From Trichoplax sp. H2 (lineage: Eukaryota): a DNA stretch of 64,000 bases. Location of the stretch: contig NOWV01000262.1 of assembly GCA_003344405.1 (NCBI GenBank), forward strand, positions 1-64,000, written 5' to 3'. Positions 53,001 to 64,000 of the stretch are shown in pieces (position 1 is the first letter of the stretch; each line of letters begins with the position of its first letter). The notes below the pieces were generated by a model. It had not been told where the DNA came from, did no database searches, and saw only the letters and a list, made by a program, of their open reading frames with translations. The translations under genes were made by a program, and so were the position numbers.

Positions 53001-56000
53001 GAAAAAAATTATGTAGAAGTAAAATTTGAGTACTGCTTATAAACTCGTTTAACCTTTCTAAATTAATAAAAATAAAAGCTGGCCGAGGTTCATACGGAGC
53101 ATTACAGTAGTGGAGAAGTTTGTATGGCATTAACAGTCTAGATCATGATCAATAGGCATTTTCCATGTATTTAATTAGATTCGAAAGTTTCATATGTCAA
53201 GTTGAAATTACCACTCTTGAATCACTCAAGTAACACGGGAAAGAAAGAACTTTTCAACAAATGCATAGAAACTTCATTACTTTTTGATATAGCTTAAAAT
53301 TAATTGTTTCGATACTGGATATTTTAGCTATTCAGCTAAAATTTTAGGATATTAAAAATTTAGACAAGTGATTTCTGAAAGAGATCAGTGAAGTAAGAAT
53401 CCCTTTTAGTTATTTACCGCAACTTAATAAAGCAGCATCACAGCATCTGCACTAACATATAACATAAAAGTTCTAGTTGACTATCTTTTTTTACAACCCT
53501 ATACTGTGGCTTCCTTGAAGTTTTTACTTACAGGGAGGTAAGACTCCGTAAACCAGCAAATGAATCATTTTCAATAATATGAATTTTATTACCAGAAAGG
53601 TCCCTAATGAAAGACAACATTCAGACGTGTATAAAATTTAAAATAGTCTTTTCTTGAAAAGAATAAATTCTAACTTGTTAGTTAAATTAAATATTTGAAC
53701 CTATATTTAAAGGTATAAATTTATAAGCTAATGCTATTAGAAACATTTAATGGATTATTACTATTATAATTTGCTTCTAATTTTAGAATATATTACTCTT
53801 GTGACTTACAAGAATTCGAGATTGCCAAGGTTACTAAAATAGTCCGTCCGTATGGTTGACAACTTGTTGTCTACGAGAGATCTATTAAGAAATAATAGCA
53901 TAGATAAGATTGAGTTTACCTGACAATCATAAGGTCGCAGTAAAATTAAGAATTTTTGACCATAACCAACAATTAAAACACGTACGGTACGGTGCTGTTA
54001 TAAATTGCGTATATTATTTTTATTTTAGATACTAAAGCTAAGATTGATTATTCTCATAGTGTAACTTACGATCAATACTGCATAGTTAAAATTATTGATT
54101 TTCAAAATTGGTATCATATTAAATCTTATAAATTTATTTTGATGGCATCGAAGCACTAGTTAGTGTAGAGTCTAATATTTGTAAGCAAAGTTAAATATAA
54201 AATCTAACTAAAATCCCTTAGTACGGTATCTGTTATTTACTGTGTTAATATTCTGAGCATTACTAAAAGTCAGAGTACCTATAAGTCATATAGTTTAAGG
54301 TGCAATCGTAATAGCATCATTTAAGTAGATTAATGGTAATTAGGCATTCAAATTTTGTTAAAATCGAATCCTTGCGTTGCATTTGAGTTGAAAGACGAGC
54401 ATCTATGAGACTATGAACTGCGTATCTAATCCTGCAGATTGATTAAACTATTCATCACAGTAGGGATAATGTAAATTGTTATGATGCTATTGGCTATTAC
54501 AGGCTGTTGTTTCTATCTGACTTACATTTCCTTTACTTCCTTTGTTGGCTTGAAGGCGTCTTCATCAAGGGTAGAAATTTCATTAGAACATATAGATCTA
54601 CAACAGTATAAGCGATAACATGAGAAGATGCTCGTTTCGATCTATAAATTGAACCATTCATTGATTTCTTTTGAAATACTAAGGTTAAAATTTCTTCTTA
54701 TAAATTAGAAATCATCATAAAACTATAGGTAATCGGTGTTTAATGGTTCAGTTCTTCATTCTTGTTTTATTTGCTAGATATTAATTACCACCACATCTTA
54801 TCACATCAGCATATCAAGTATTTATCACAAGTTCTATATCATGCTCCGTATTATTCAGCTAAATTTAACTATAGATATTTTTCTAATTCTATATGAATGT
54901 ACAGGATGTAGGTTAACAATTGTATTAATAGATGACGGTATTTTTTGTTATGTATGGCTTAAATCATACATACTCCTTAATATTGCATTTTTAATAAGAA
55001 TGTATTAACATGATATTGCAACTTGATATTGATTATACTAGAACAAATCATAAGCTTACAGTGAAATTTATAAATAACTGTAAAATTAATTATAACTTAG
55101 CGATTCTTACAGTCCTTTCAGCTCAGAAAGGCACGCAAGGCTACCATTAGAAATTTTTGACAATTTGTTTTTGTTGATATTCCTGTTATAAAGTACACCA
55201 GTATTATAACCTTTAAGTGAAATGCTAAGCTTAATTATTTAGGGAATAAAAGGATATCAACAGCAATGACATGGATAGCGATTTATTTCTAAGATATTAA
55301 CTAATATAATTTTTCAGTATGGAATACACTATTTTGAATTGGCTGAAGCGAATGAGTGAATTGTATAAGCCAAAAAGTTAAAAGAGACAGTTAAGTGTAT
55401 GAACATAAGAACTATAATAAGATAGAAAAGCCAATGTCTAACATGAATGCGCCCTGTATTTCATATGCAAGTAATCATGTAGTTATACAAAGCAATTCTA
55501 TCGGAAACTGTTGAAATATTTTTATAATATATTTAAATTAAAGTACAAATCTGAATAAATACTAGATCGATAGGTATTGATTGGTTGATATATCACCGAT
55601 GCTATGATGAACCGTATAATACTGTATAAACGTGTCACGAAAGTAATCTTCGTGACGTATGCTTTATTTCTATGTTACGTTCTATATATGCTTATCTCTC
55701 AGACATGTTTTACGGTCTCTTTAATTGTTGTTTTAGTAGTTAACAGTTGATATCCTTTATTTAGGATTAGATACACTAAAATAGTAATTACCAACCAGCT
55801 AAACTGGATTATATCTATCACCTCTAAAGTTGCTAAGGTTCAAAGTGTAATTCCTAAGTTTAGAAGAAATGTCTTAGTAGAATAGCTTTATATGTATCTG
55901 TTAAACTATTAACAAGCAATGATTATTCAACTACTATTACAGTAAATTTAATAGGATTAGACGTTATGTAATCTATGCAGATAGAATCTCTTTAAGGGAT

Positions 56001-59000
56001 TAATTTGGCTAATTTTTAAAAGGTGAGTTGTGTAGTTAAACCGGTTTTAGGTATCAAAACCTATATAAACGACGGATTCGCCGACAATAAATTAGATTGT
56101 GATTTTCTAGTAAGCTTTAAAGGTCTCGCTGTGTTAGACCCTATCTACCTTGGAATAACAATTGTCTGGTATTCCGAAGAACAGTAGCATAGGATAGAAA
56201 TTACTTTCTCAATCTTTGTTGCAAGTTAGGGTTGTTCCTAGCTCGTGACAAAGCGTATAATAACAAACCAATAACACAGTTTTAGATTTAAGTCAGCTTA
56301 CAGAAACTTTAAATTAGTCGACGAACAGAATGATTCACTTTCGATAAATTCGATGTTATTATTATCTAAAATCCTATTTGAAGATGAAATTGCCTAAATA
56401 AGTTTAATATTGGGTGAACAATAAGAGCTTTATCTACAGTGCATAATATAGTTTAGACTGAATGAAGCAATAGTAAATGTATTCTTCATTTGATATCGAA
56501 CTGGCAACTACTAAAATCTTGGCTAAATTGAATTATGGTAGTTAGTGAAAGTATAGGCTGCTAATTCTGTTCGAATATAAAAGCAATAGCAATTATCCTA
56601 ACAAAATAATTGAGCTGAGGCAGCGCTTTATGTTGTTGCTGCTACTTTAATATCAATAGTGAATACAAAACATACTGACATTAGTCCTCTAACAATTGCT
56701 AATAAAATAGAGATAAAGGAAAACATTTATTATATCTATGATAAATATATTAATAACAATTACTGTTTTGAATATTTTTGAATGTTTTATATTTACATGA
56801 ATGCTATTTTCGAAGTACAGGCAAAGGTATATCGTTCAATTCTTTCAATTTTATTCATGTGGAGCAGACTAAAATTATTTAAGATTAATGGATTAGTAAG
56901 CCTTTATCCTGTAACCTAATATTATATTTTGATGTAGCATAATGACATTCTTGTAAAGAGCAATGCATACAGTTCCTCTACATTAGGTAATCCACAAAAT
57001 GAATACTGCTCGATGTAAGAAATTGAATTTTGTTCTAGCTTTCTGAAATACCGAAAAAATTTATCAGCTTAAATTTTATAATGATAAAATATAATTTTTT
57101 TTCATATCAATTTGTGACAGCATAAGAAGTCCGTTGATAGTTGATAGTTCTTAATAGCAAAGAAATATCGCATCTGATATTATTCACAATACATAAATCT
57201 ATTCGCACGAGGTTGACTACGAAATGCCGGTGCACTAAATAGCTTCAACATCTTCATTTTTAAAATTAACAACTCCTTGTTTATTTTTTCCATGATAATT
57301 AATTCTTTAACAAGAATAAGTTACAGCCTGAGATGCCTGCTGTAAATGAAATATTAAAGCGTGTGTGTTATGGACATGAATAATTTGAATAACATAATAC
57401 AATATGAATGTATTTTTTATTTTTTTCCTATCCTGCTAATGCTATTCCGCTAATATTATGATGCAAGAGCTAATCTAGCAGTAGGCAGTAGAAAGCCTAC
57501 TATAAAGGAACTACGCTTCCATTTAAGATCCTTAGTAAACTAGGTTAGACGTGACACTAGGTTTAACAGCATTTTGAATGAAGAAACTCAGATATTACAA
57601 ATACATTTTACTAATGCAGATAGGCTGAACAAGAAGATTTTTAGTGTTATAGAATGGGAGCACGTAGTTTATAACATTTTATAAATTTTCTAAAATCAGA
57701 TGCAATGCATTTCATTCAAACCCCTTTAAAATACTATATTTCCGCGATAAGATTTGTTATTAATTTAACAATGTAAGTTAACCGGTTCATTCAAGAAAAT
57801 ATCAGCTAGTGATACTAAACCTAAAATTAGGAATTTTATGTAAGATACGACACTAGTGATGAGAATTAATTAAAGCAGCATGCATCTTCTGTTCTATATC
57901 GTATTTACTGTCATGAAAAAGGATATAGCATTACTTAGTTTACTATTTTATAACGACATATTTAACAAATTTGGTCTTGGTATAAAAAGATCGGTTAGTA
58001 TGGCTAAATTGGATATGAAGTTTACTTTCTTACAGATGTTTCACTGATGATAAACCAGCGAAGGCACCACGGTGGATAGTTTTTAGTTTATTTCCCGCAA
58101 TATCCCTATTTATAGAAAATTATAGAATAGCTATATCTTAACATCTAGCTTCACTTTGATTTCTTACTAAAGTTCATTGTACTTCATTTTAATTACATAA
58201 CGTAAATTAAAGAATATACTAATAACCTTTTGTTGTGAAATATTGATTTAATTAATGTAACAAAGTGCTATCAATATAAGGGTACTATAAAATTAAAAGT
58301 AATTTTAGTGAGATTGAGTCTTACAGCATGCGAAGTTTGGTCAAATTACTGAAAGAATTCGGTTCAATATCTTCGATCCTATTAAATTCTAGATAGCTGA
58401 AATAATTATTAGAGGATATGTAAATAGTGTTTACCGGGTTTATGCAATGCCTAGTAAACTGAGCTCACTCAGCTATTTGAGATGAAATATCTGTAATTAT
58501 AATACAGTTTATTTTATGCTGAATTAATGCAAAAACATTTAAATATATTTTATACTGTCTTATTTTATACTCACATGTCTTCCAGTGATGATAAACAAGC
58601 TAAGCTATCATTTTTAACAATTTTCAAGCGATTACCCTTCAAATTTCTGTATTGCATATACGGCAGAAAGGGTAACTGTTATGCATATATATACAATGAT
58701 TTTATAATGAAAATAAAATATTTTAATTCTTAGATAGCTATTTTATAGCAAATTCATAATATCGACATCATGAGAACGCTATAAATAAAATTCAATAACA
58801 ATGCTTCATTCATTGTGTAGGCTAGTCTACTTTATAATTATATTATAAGATATAATGATACGAACAGACGATTGAGAGACTGCAAACCGCATAAGGAATT
58901 GGTTTCAATTGTGGAAATGGCATTATGCTTAAGTCGCCTGAAAGATTAATGAAAATTTAAAAATGCTATATAGGTCATTGAAGTCACTTCAGACTACAAT

Positions 59001-62000
59001 TATTTTATAGTTTAAAATGGCGTACTTGTTACAGCAACGTTAGTAAATTTAATTTATCTGATTTGTAGTCTTTCAATTAGAATCGCTTTAAAAAAATCAA
59101 AATCACCACTATAACACTACTGTGTTTACTTAATCGGATTTTATTGCTACTAAACGATAGAAATCATGATTGAAAATGAGACAATAAGCTGGTATTTTAA
59201 GATATTAATTCCTGACTTACAAAGTCTTTAAATTCAATAAACATCCAAAATCGCCTTGAGACATGGCTTTAAGGCGATTATTATCTAAAATTCTAATTAT
59301 AGTTACTAATACCTCAAAAAGTGAGATTAAAACAATACTATGCTAGTGCTATTAATTTAATCAATAACTAATGATTGTGATATTGTTTTGATATTGTACT
59401 TACAAATACTGCAAATTTTCTAAAGTGCAAAATGCTTTCGATTCAATATGTACCAATGCATTTGATCGAAGCATCCTACAGAAATTAAATAAACAGACAT
59501 TCACTATTACGTTGCAAGTTAGAGTTGATATTTATCTGCTAAGATTGGGCTGATAGCGCTAAAATTGGTACTTTTTGAACTTCTGACAGTAGTATAATCT
59601 TCACTTTTTGACTGTTGTGAATCAGTAAAAATGTTTAGAATTTCGCTATTGTGAAAATTGAATTCTTTAAGTAAAAACTCTAAGAAAGTAGAAATGGAAT
59701 TTTGATGTAAATAATAAGTCAATTTTAAATTTGACTTCTCATGAGCACGGGACAGCAATGCTTCATTTAGATTAATTTTCCTAAAATTTTACCAAGACTT
59801 AAATAGCGTGAATTTCTCTTAATTGGCACTGTAATTTTATGAGAATCATAAGTTGGTATTGTTTAAATGTAATAGCTAGAAGGCTAAAAGCCATTGAAAT
59901 AAAGCCTATATTATTCAAAAAGTTTAATTTATCGTCGAGAACACTATAGTAATGCACAGGCTATAAATGTACAGGCCTTTAAGAGTGTATATTGTTAGGA
60001 TTTGTGCATGTAAAGCACTAGAGTTAGCAATAAACTCTAATTTATCGATCGTTAAAAGTGCAACTTACATTTCTTTTAGATTAGCTAGACAATTAAATGA
60101 TCCTTTTGTAATAACTTGCAATCGATTAGCTTCTAAAGACCTTTTAAGAGACATATATTGATATATAATTAGTCAAGCTTTATGACTCTTTTGCTATAGA
60201 AATATTGTGTACTCCAAAAGCTCACAAATTGGTTAGATGGGGTAATCCACAAAATGCATCAATCTCAATTGTCTCTATAAGGCTGCTCGTAACATTCCTA
60301 TAAAAAATATAACCATATCATATCGTAAATTATCACATCAGCATAATATTTAAGAATTAATTAACCTTGTGTTAAAGCCCTTTTGACTCTACCGCAGTGC
60401 ATACTTATTTACATATAAATAGCACATCTAGCGGCATTTCCATTCTGACTTGCAATCCGGTAGTAACGGAAACTCTGTTATTATCTTTGCAATCACGCAC
60501 TATACACGATATTTAGATTTCATTACATGATGAAGTTACAATACCGGTAGTATTGTAAAGTATAAATCTTATAATTTTGGACATTAAAATGTACATAAAT
60601 AAAAATTGGTCTTAAAATACGACATTTATCTTCTTAGAAGATCCTTGTGTATTTGCTGATATACCTATAGCTTACTGATACTAAATTTAGTAAAACTATT
60701 ATTAGAGTATTTTGAAATTATGATTATGATTACTTTTTTAATATTATAGGTGCTGAAGGTTGTTTTAGATAAGAGTATTAGAAAAAATGGGATAACGTAA
60801 GAAAATCTGTTTACATATTTACTGGTGTGATAAGCACTAAATTAAGAGATAGAAATAGCAGTAATAACATGATTACGAATAAACATTTTCTATATAACCC
60901 GAGTTTCTCTTAAAATAAAGACAATTGCTGTTAACGACTTTAGTTAAATACTTGATATTGTGCCTTAAGTTAACTCGTGTTTTTCTTGTTCTAACTACTG
61001 AGTTATGGTAGATAATATCTTTAAACTGCTAATTTTAGCCTCGTACGAACGTTTAAGCGACTATTAAATAAATAAATTGCCTGATGTTGGTAATCGAAGT
61101 TCGTAACATGGAGAAAAGATTGACAGAACGAAATAAGGTAATTCAGCTCCTTAAAACATTTACGATTAATGACTTTGTAGAAATATAAGCTGTAAGTGCT
61201 TTACTGTAATATCAGCAGCAAACGAAGAAACGAAAAATGCACTCAATAGAACCACAATATGCAATTCCATACAGTAATCGTAATAATTTAGCTAAATAGA
61301 GCTATAGCAATAAACGTAGTTTCTTATCTATCCATAATAACGGAGAAACTACTAACTGTTTGCTAATGAGATACGTCTGTAATTTTCTGAGCGTAATAAA
61401 CTGACGATTGTCTTTCCGAAATCAGAGATTCGAGACTGCCGTAACGTAGCAATGGAAATTAGGTACATGTACTTAACGTGAGAATAGTTATAAAAACAAT
61501 ACATTGCTAAAGTATATTATATATCGTACTGTTATGGAATCCCTTTACAATATGCCATAGTAAGAAAGTGCAATGTAACTTAGTATCGTGATTGTAGACT
61601 GTTAGCTATGTTTAGTATAATGTACGGTAGCGTAACTTCTACTTTTATCCTAAGAGATATTTGGTAGCTATAACTATAGACTGTAGTGGTATAGACTCTA
61701 TGCTAGAGTACAGATGACTATATACAGTAAGGTGTTGAGCTACTAATAAGGTTATAAGTAAAAATAGAACTGTAAATCATGTATTAGGATATGGTTAATT
61801 GATTGTACTTTGGCTGGTGTGAATAATGTCTATGTAAATACTGTAGTCGCATCCATATCGGATTAAGGATGGTCCGCAGTAGAATAGTGTTACTAAGATT
61901 AATTTAACTATGTGTAAAATAAGGTAAAAGGTTACCATGCTGCGAAAGCAGCTGCGAATGCTACGAAAAGTATAAAAGCATGCAGCTATAGATTATTCTG

Positions 62001-63717
62001 TTAGTTCGTTGTAGAAGTCTTTAGTAGTAGTATTCGGCTATAGTAGAGCTGTGTGTAGTTAATCTTTGTATAAGATTCAATAAAGCCCTTATTTTTGTAA
62101 AATTTGGAATTTCGTGACTGGTATATATCACACAAAGATTAATTAATTACAGAATGATCCCTTGTGATTGCAATTCTAATTGATGGTAGATTGTTAACTA
62201 TTCTACATATGATTCCGTGGGTGGACACAAGGTAGCTACTTAGACTATCCAGATTTGAACTTTGTTTATCTGATACACACAGTTTACTTTTTGGGGCTAT
62301 CTAAAAGTAGCTGCTGTCCAGCCAAGTTAAAAGTCTCCTATTTTTACGTAAATTTAATTGTTTGAAAGAGAAGATAAATCATCAATAGTATCACTTATGA
62401 ATGGTGACGGATAGTATAGGGGCACGATAGATTTCTAGGGAAATAAATTATTGTGTTACTTCTTAACTTAAAAAGCAATGGCCTTTAAGTTTCTGTAATG
62501 AGTTCAGAGATATTACTTCCAAAAAATCTTGGAAACAAAACGGTTTACTTTGTGTCACTAATGCTACAAATTGATTTTTAATACGCTATAAGGTAGGTAA
62601 ATAATTGCTAAAGAAATCAAATCTTCGCTAAACCTTAAGCGAACGCGATAAGAATATAAAACTCTATACTTACAAGACGATCAACTCCGGATAGTCTACA
62701 AAGCTTCTCGTTTTAATTTTTCTAATACTGGTGTTGTTAATTATCCTATGGAATAGAATCAAAATTAGCAGTAAGTACTCTAGATTACAGTAGTAGCTGT
62801 TGTGATTTAATAGTAGACTATGCGTATCTGGTGTAGAATTTGAAAATTGTTAGTAAGATTTAAAATAAAATGTATCTAAAATCTTTTAGTTGGGTATCAG
62901 CAATTTACTGTATTTAAATGCTGTTAAGTACTAATAGTTAGAGTACCTAGAATTCACATAATTTAGGGCCCAAACGTATAAATTGCATGACAAAATTCAA
63001 TATGAAACATGAAGATATAACATATAAGATACAGTCTAATTGAACGTAACCCGAAATAAATGTGGATCACAGCGTTTAGTGATATGTAATTATACATTCT
63101 ACTACAACTCTCGGTGATATCCTAAACATATGCTAATATTATACGGAATATAGTATAGCTTCAAATATTATATAATTGTTCTGTACTAAGATAGATAAGG
63201 TGTTATAGTGTTGAGCGTTCTATACATTAGCATCGTGCAATTACAATATGTATCAGTAGCTGCCGATATAGTAACAGATAGCTTTAATTCCTTTTACTAT
63301 TTATACTTGTTACAGCCGGATAATAATTCGATTCATATAAAAAATAGATAGCAAAGTGATCTTAAACTTTAGTAAGTAAGAGCCAGAAGAGTTTTCGATA
63401 TGCGAGTAATTCTTACAGTGATTTCAAATTTCCAACGAAAGTAAACTTAATGTTGGGCAATTTAGTTAAGTCACTACGTGAGCAACTTATAGACCAACTG
63501 CTGCAGTTACAGAAACTTGGGCAACCATCACTGGTTTCTGTTAGAAATGGCAACATAATATCAGTTGAGAATATAAGTAGAAAATGCAAGCAGATTGCTG
63601 ATATTTTATGAATAGTAATATACTTGTAATTCCATGATCACATCTTGCTAATAACCAAATAATTGACATCAAATGGATATACAGGATCGGATACTTTGAA
63701 TTCTGCTTGCTTTTCAT
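33968..63717 (-). CDS. LGR-like gene 2: paralog of gene 1, 53 exons, ~1647 aa
   Basis: Exons: 63624-63717, 63417-63537, 62674-62745, 60226-60297, 60069-60140, 59404-59475, 59221-59292, 58866-58937, 58575-58646, 58325-58396, 58034-58105, 56971-57042, 56797-56868, 56302-56373, 55111-55182, 54526-54597, 53810-53881, 53532-53603, 52491-52562, 51163-51234, 50400-50468, 50217-50288, 49931-50002, 49193-49264, 48943-49014, 48553-48624, 48381-48452, 45749-45820, 45526-45597, 45267-45353, 44957-45019, 44739-44810, 44544-44627, 43779-43850, 43521-43586, 42823-42894, 42474-42542, 42313-42381, 42098-42169, 41886-41957, 41736-41804, 40030-40095, 39821-39892, 39636-39719, 39417-39482, 39081-39161, 37885-37953, 37629-37706, 37201-37272, 36945-37025, 36763-36834, 35187-35258, 33968-35075. 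The sum is 4944 nt (in frame). Signal peptide MKSKQNSKYPILYIHLMSIIWLLARCDHG and LRRNT CPSFCNCSSWSISC. Confidence 0.92.
35518..36116 (+). mobile_element. Solo LTR family D copy 2 (inverted relative to D1) in gene 2 intron 51
   Basis: Reverse-complement homolog of 33316-33900 along its length (e.g. 'taatttctgttactttgtgctgagcctttg' and 'gagtagtcttggatg.caagactacctt'). It ends ...ACGACA; the left end and TSD are degraded. Confidence 0.85.
38549..38569. repeat. (TA)n microsatellite
   Basis: About 10 TA units directly visible. Confidence 0.9.
38587..38938 (-). mobile_element. Short solo LTR-like element E (352 bp) in gene 2 intron 46
   Basis: TGTCACAAAC...CCGTAACA termini and a perfect TSD ATCAT. 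Minus-strand TATAAAA at ~38810-16. Confidence 0.85.
40254..41395 (+). mobile_element. Solo LTR C (~587 bp net) in gene 2 intron 41, carrying nested B2
   Basis: TGTCACGG...TTGTGACA termini and a perfect TSD TTTAT. TATTTAA at ~41163 and AATAAA at ~41186. Confidence 0.88.
40456..41005 (+). mobile_element. Solo LTR family B copy 2 (550 bp), nested in C
   Basis: Near-identical to B1 and B3. TSD gcatg/acatg. Confidence 0.9.
46039..46672 (+). mobile_element. Solo LTR family A copy 2 (634 bp) in gene 2 intron 27
   Basis: Homologous to A1 and A3. TGTGACA start, degraded end (tgtggcc), TSD atagt/attgt. Confidence 0.85.
46711..47390 (-). mobile_element. Solo LTR (680 bp, distantly D-related) in gene 2 intron 27
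   Basis: TGTTACA...CCGTAACA termini and a perfect TSD CTGAT. Minus-strand TATAAAAA at ~46987-94 and AATAAA at ~46864-69. Shares 'aaggctc.gc..aaagtaa' with family D. Confidence 0.88.
47738..48367 (+). mobile_element. Solo LTR family A copy 3 (630 bp) in gene 2 intron 27
   Basis: TGTTACA...TGTGACA termini and TSD gcttg/ggttg. Homologous to A1 and A2. Confidence 0.88.
51367..52010. mobile_element. Possible degraded LTR-like element in gene 2 intron 19
   Basis: Starts TGTCACAA like the other elements and has a similar composition. No right terminus or TSD was found, so the end coordinate is approximate. Confidence 0.3.
55633..56250 (+). mobile_element. Solo LTR G (618 bp) in gene 2 intron 14
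   Basis: 8-bp inverted termini TGTCACGA...TCGTGACA and TSD aaacg/aagcg. TATATAAA at ~56062 and AATAAA at ~56086. Confidence 0.85.
61569..62132 (+). mobile_element. Solo LTR family B copy 3 (564 bp) in gene 2 intron 3
   Basis: Near-identical to B1 and B2. TG...CA termini and TSD gaaag/caaag. Confidence 0.9.
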
Positions 63718-64000
63718 TTCTGATAAGTAGCACCGGTATATCAAGAATTAATTTCTGTCATATAGTTTAAAGATATAAGATAGCAAGTATGATTATCTTA
63801 TAAATTTCAAAATTAATACCGATAAAACTTTATCGTTATACTGTAGAAGCAAATTAAGTAAAATTTTTTGTAACTCTTAAAATTAGTAACCAGTCTCTTG
63901 TTTTCTTGACAGAGTGACGTCTGTAATCTTAGTCTACCTTAACTCGTTTCGTTCTAATCTCTCTCGGCCTAGCTTTACGAGATGATTAATTTGCCTATAT

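Noticed and set aside
9034..62745. Regularly spaced 'cttac' motifs resembling a CRISPR-like or recombination-signal array
   Set aside because: They are reverse-complemented GTAAG splice donors of the LRR exons.

Overview
AT-rich, intron-dense eukaryotic DNA. The style suggests an early-branching animal such as a placozoan, but that is inference only. The window holds a head-to-tail, minus-strand tandem array of giant leucine-rich-repeat GPCR (LGR) genes. Two are complete paralogs (30797->7818 and 63717->33968), and the first three exons of a third run off the left edge (959->1). Read by hand, each complete gene has the same 53-exon layout: a signal-peptide exon, an LRRNT exon, 50 small symmetric phase-2 exons (mostly 72 bp, one LRR each) and one terminal exon encoding the hinge plus an RXFP/GRL101-like 7TM. 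The predicted proteins are ~1645 aa, with about 50 LRR units and no LDLa module. The N-terminal LRRs form Cys-paired two-repeat modules. Introns and intergenic DNA carry ~15 solo-LTR-like insertions (TG..CA ends, 5-bp TSDs, TATA plus AATAAA, terminal hairpins). Two are nested, and several sit in the same-numbered intron of both paralogs. A few decayed retroelement coding remnants are also present. Most short ORFs in the supplied track are spurious.
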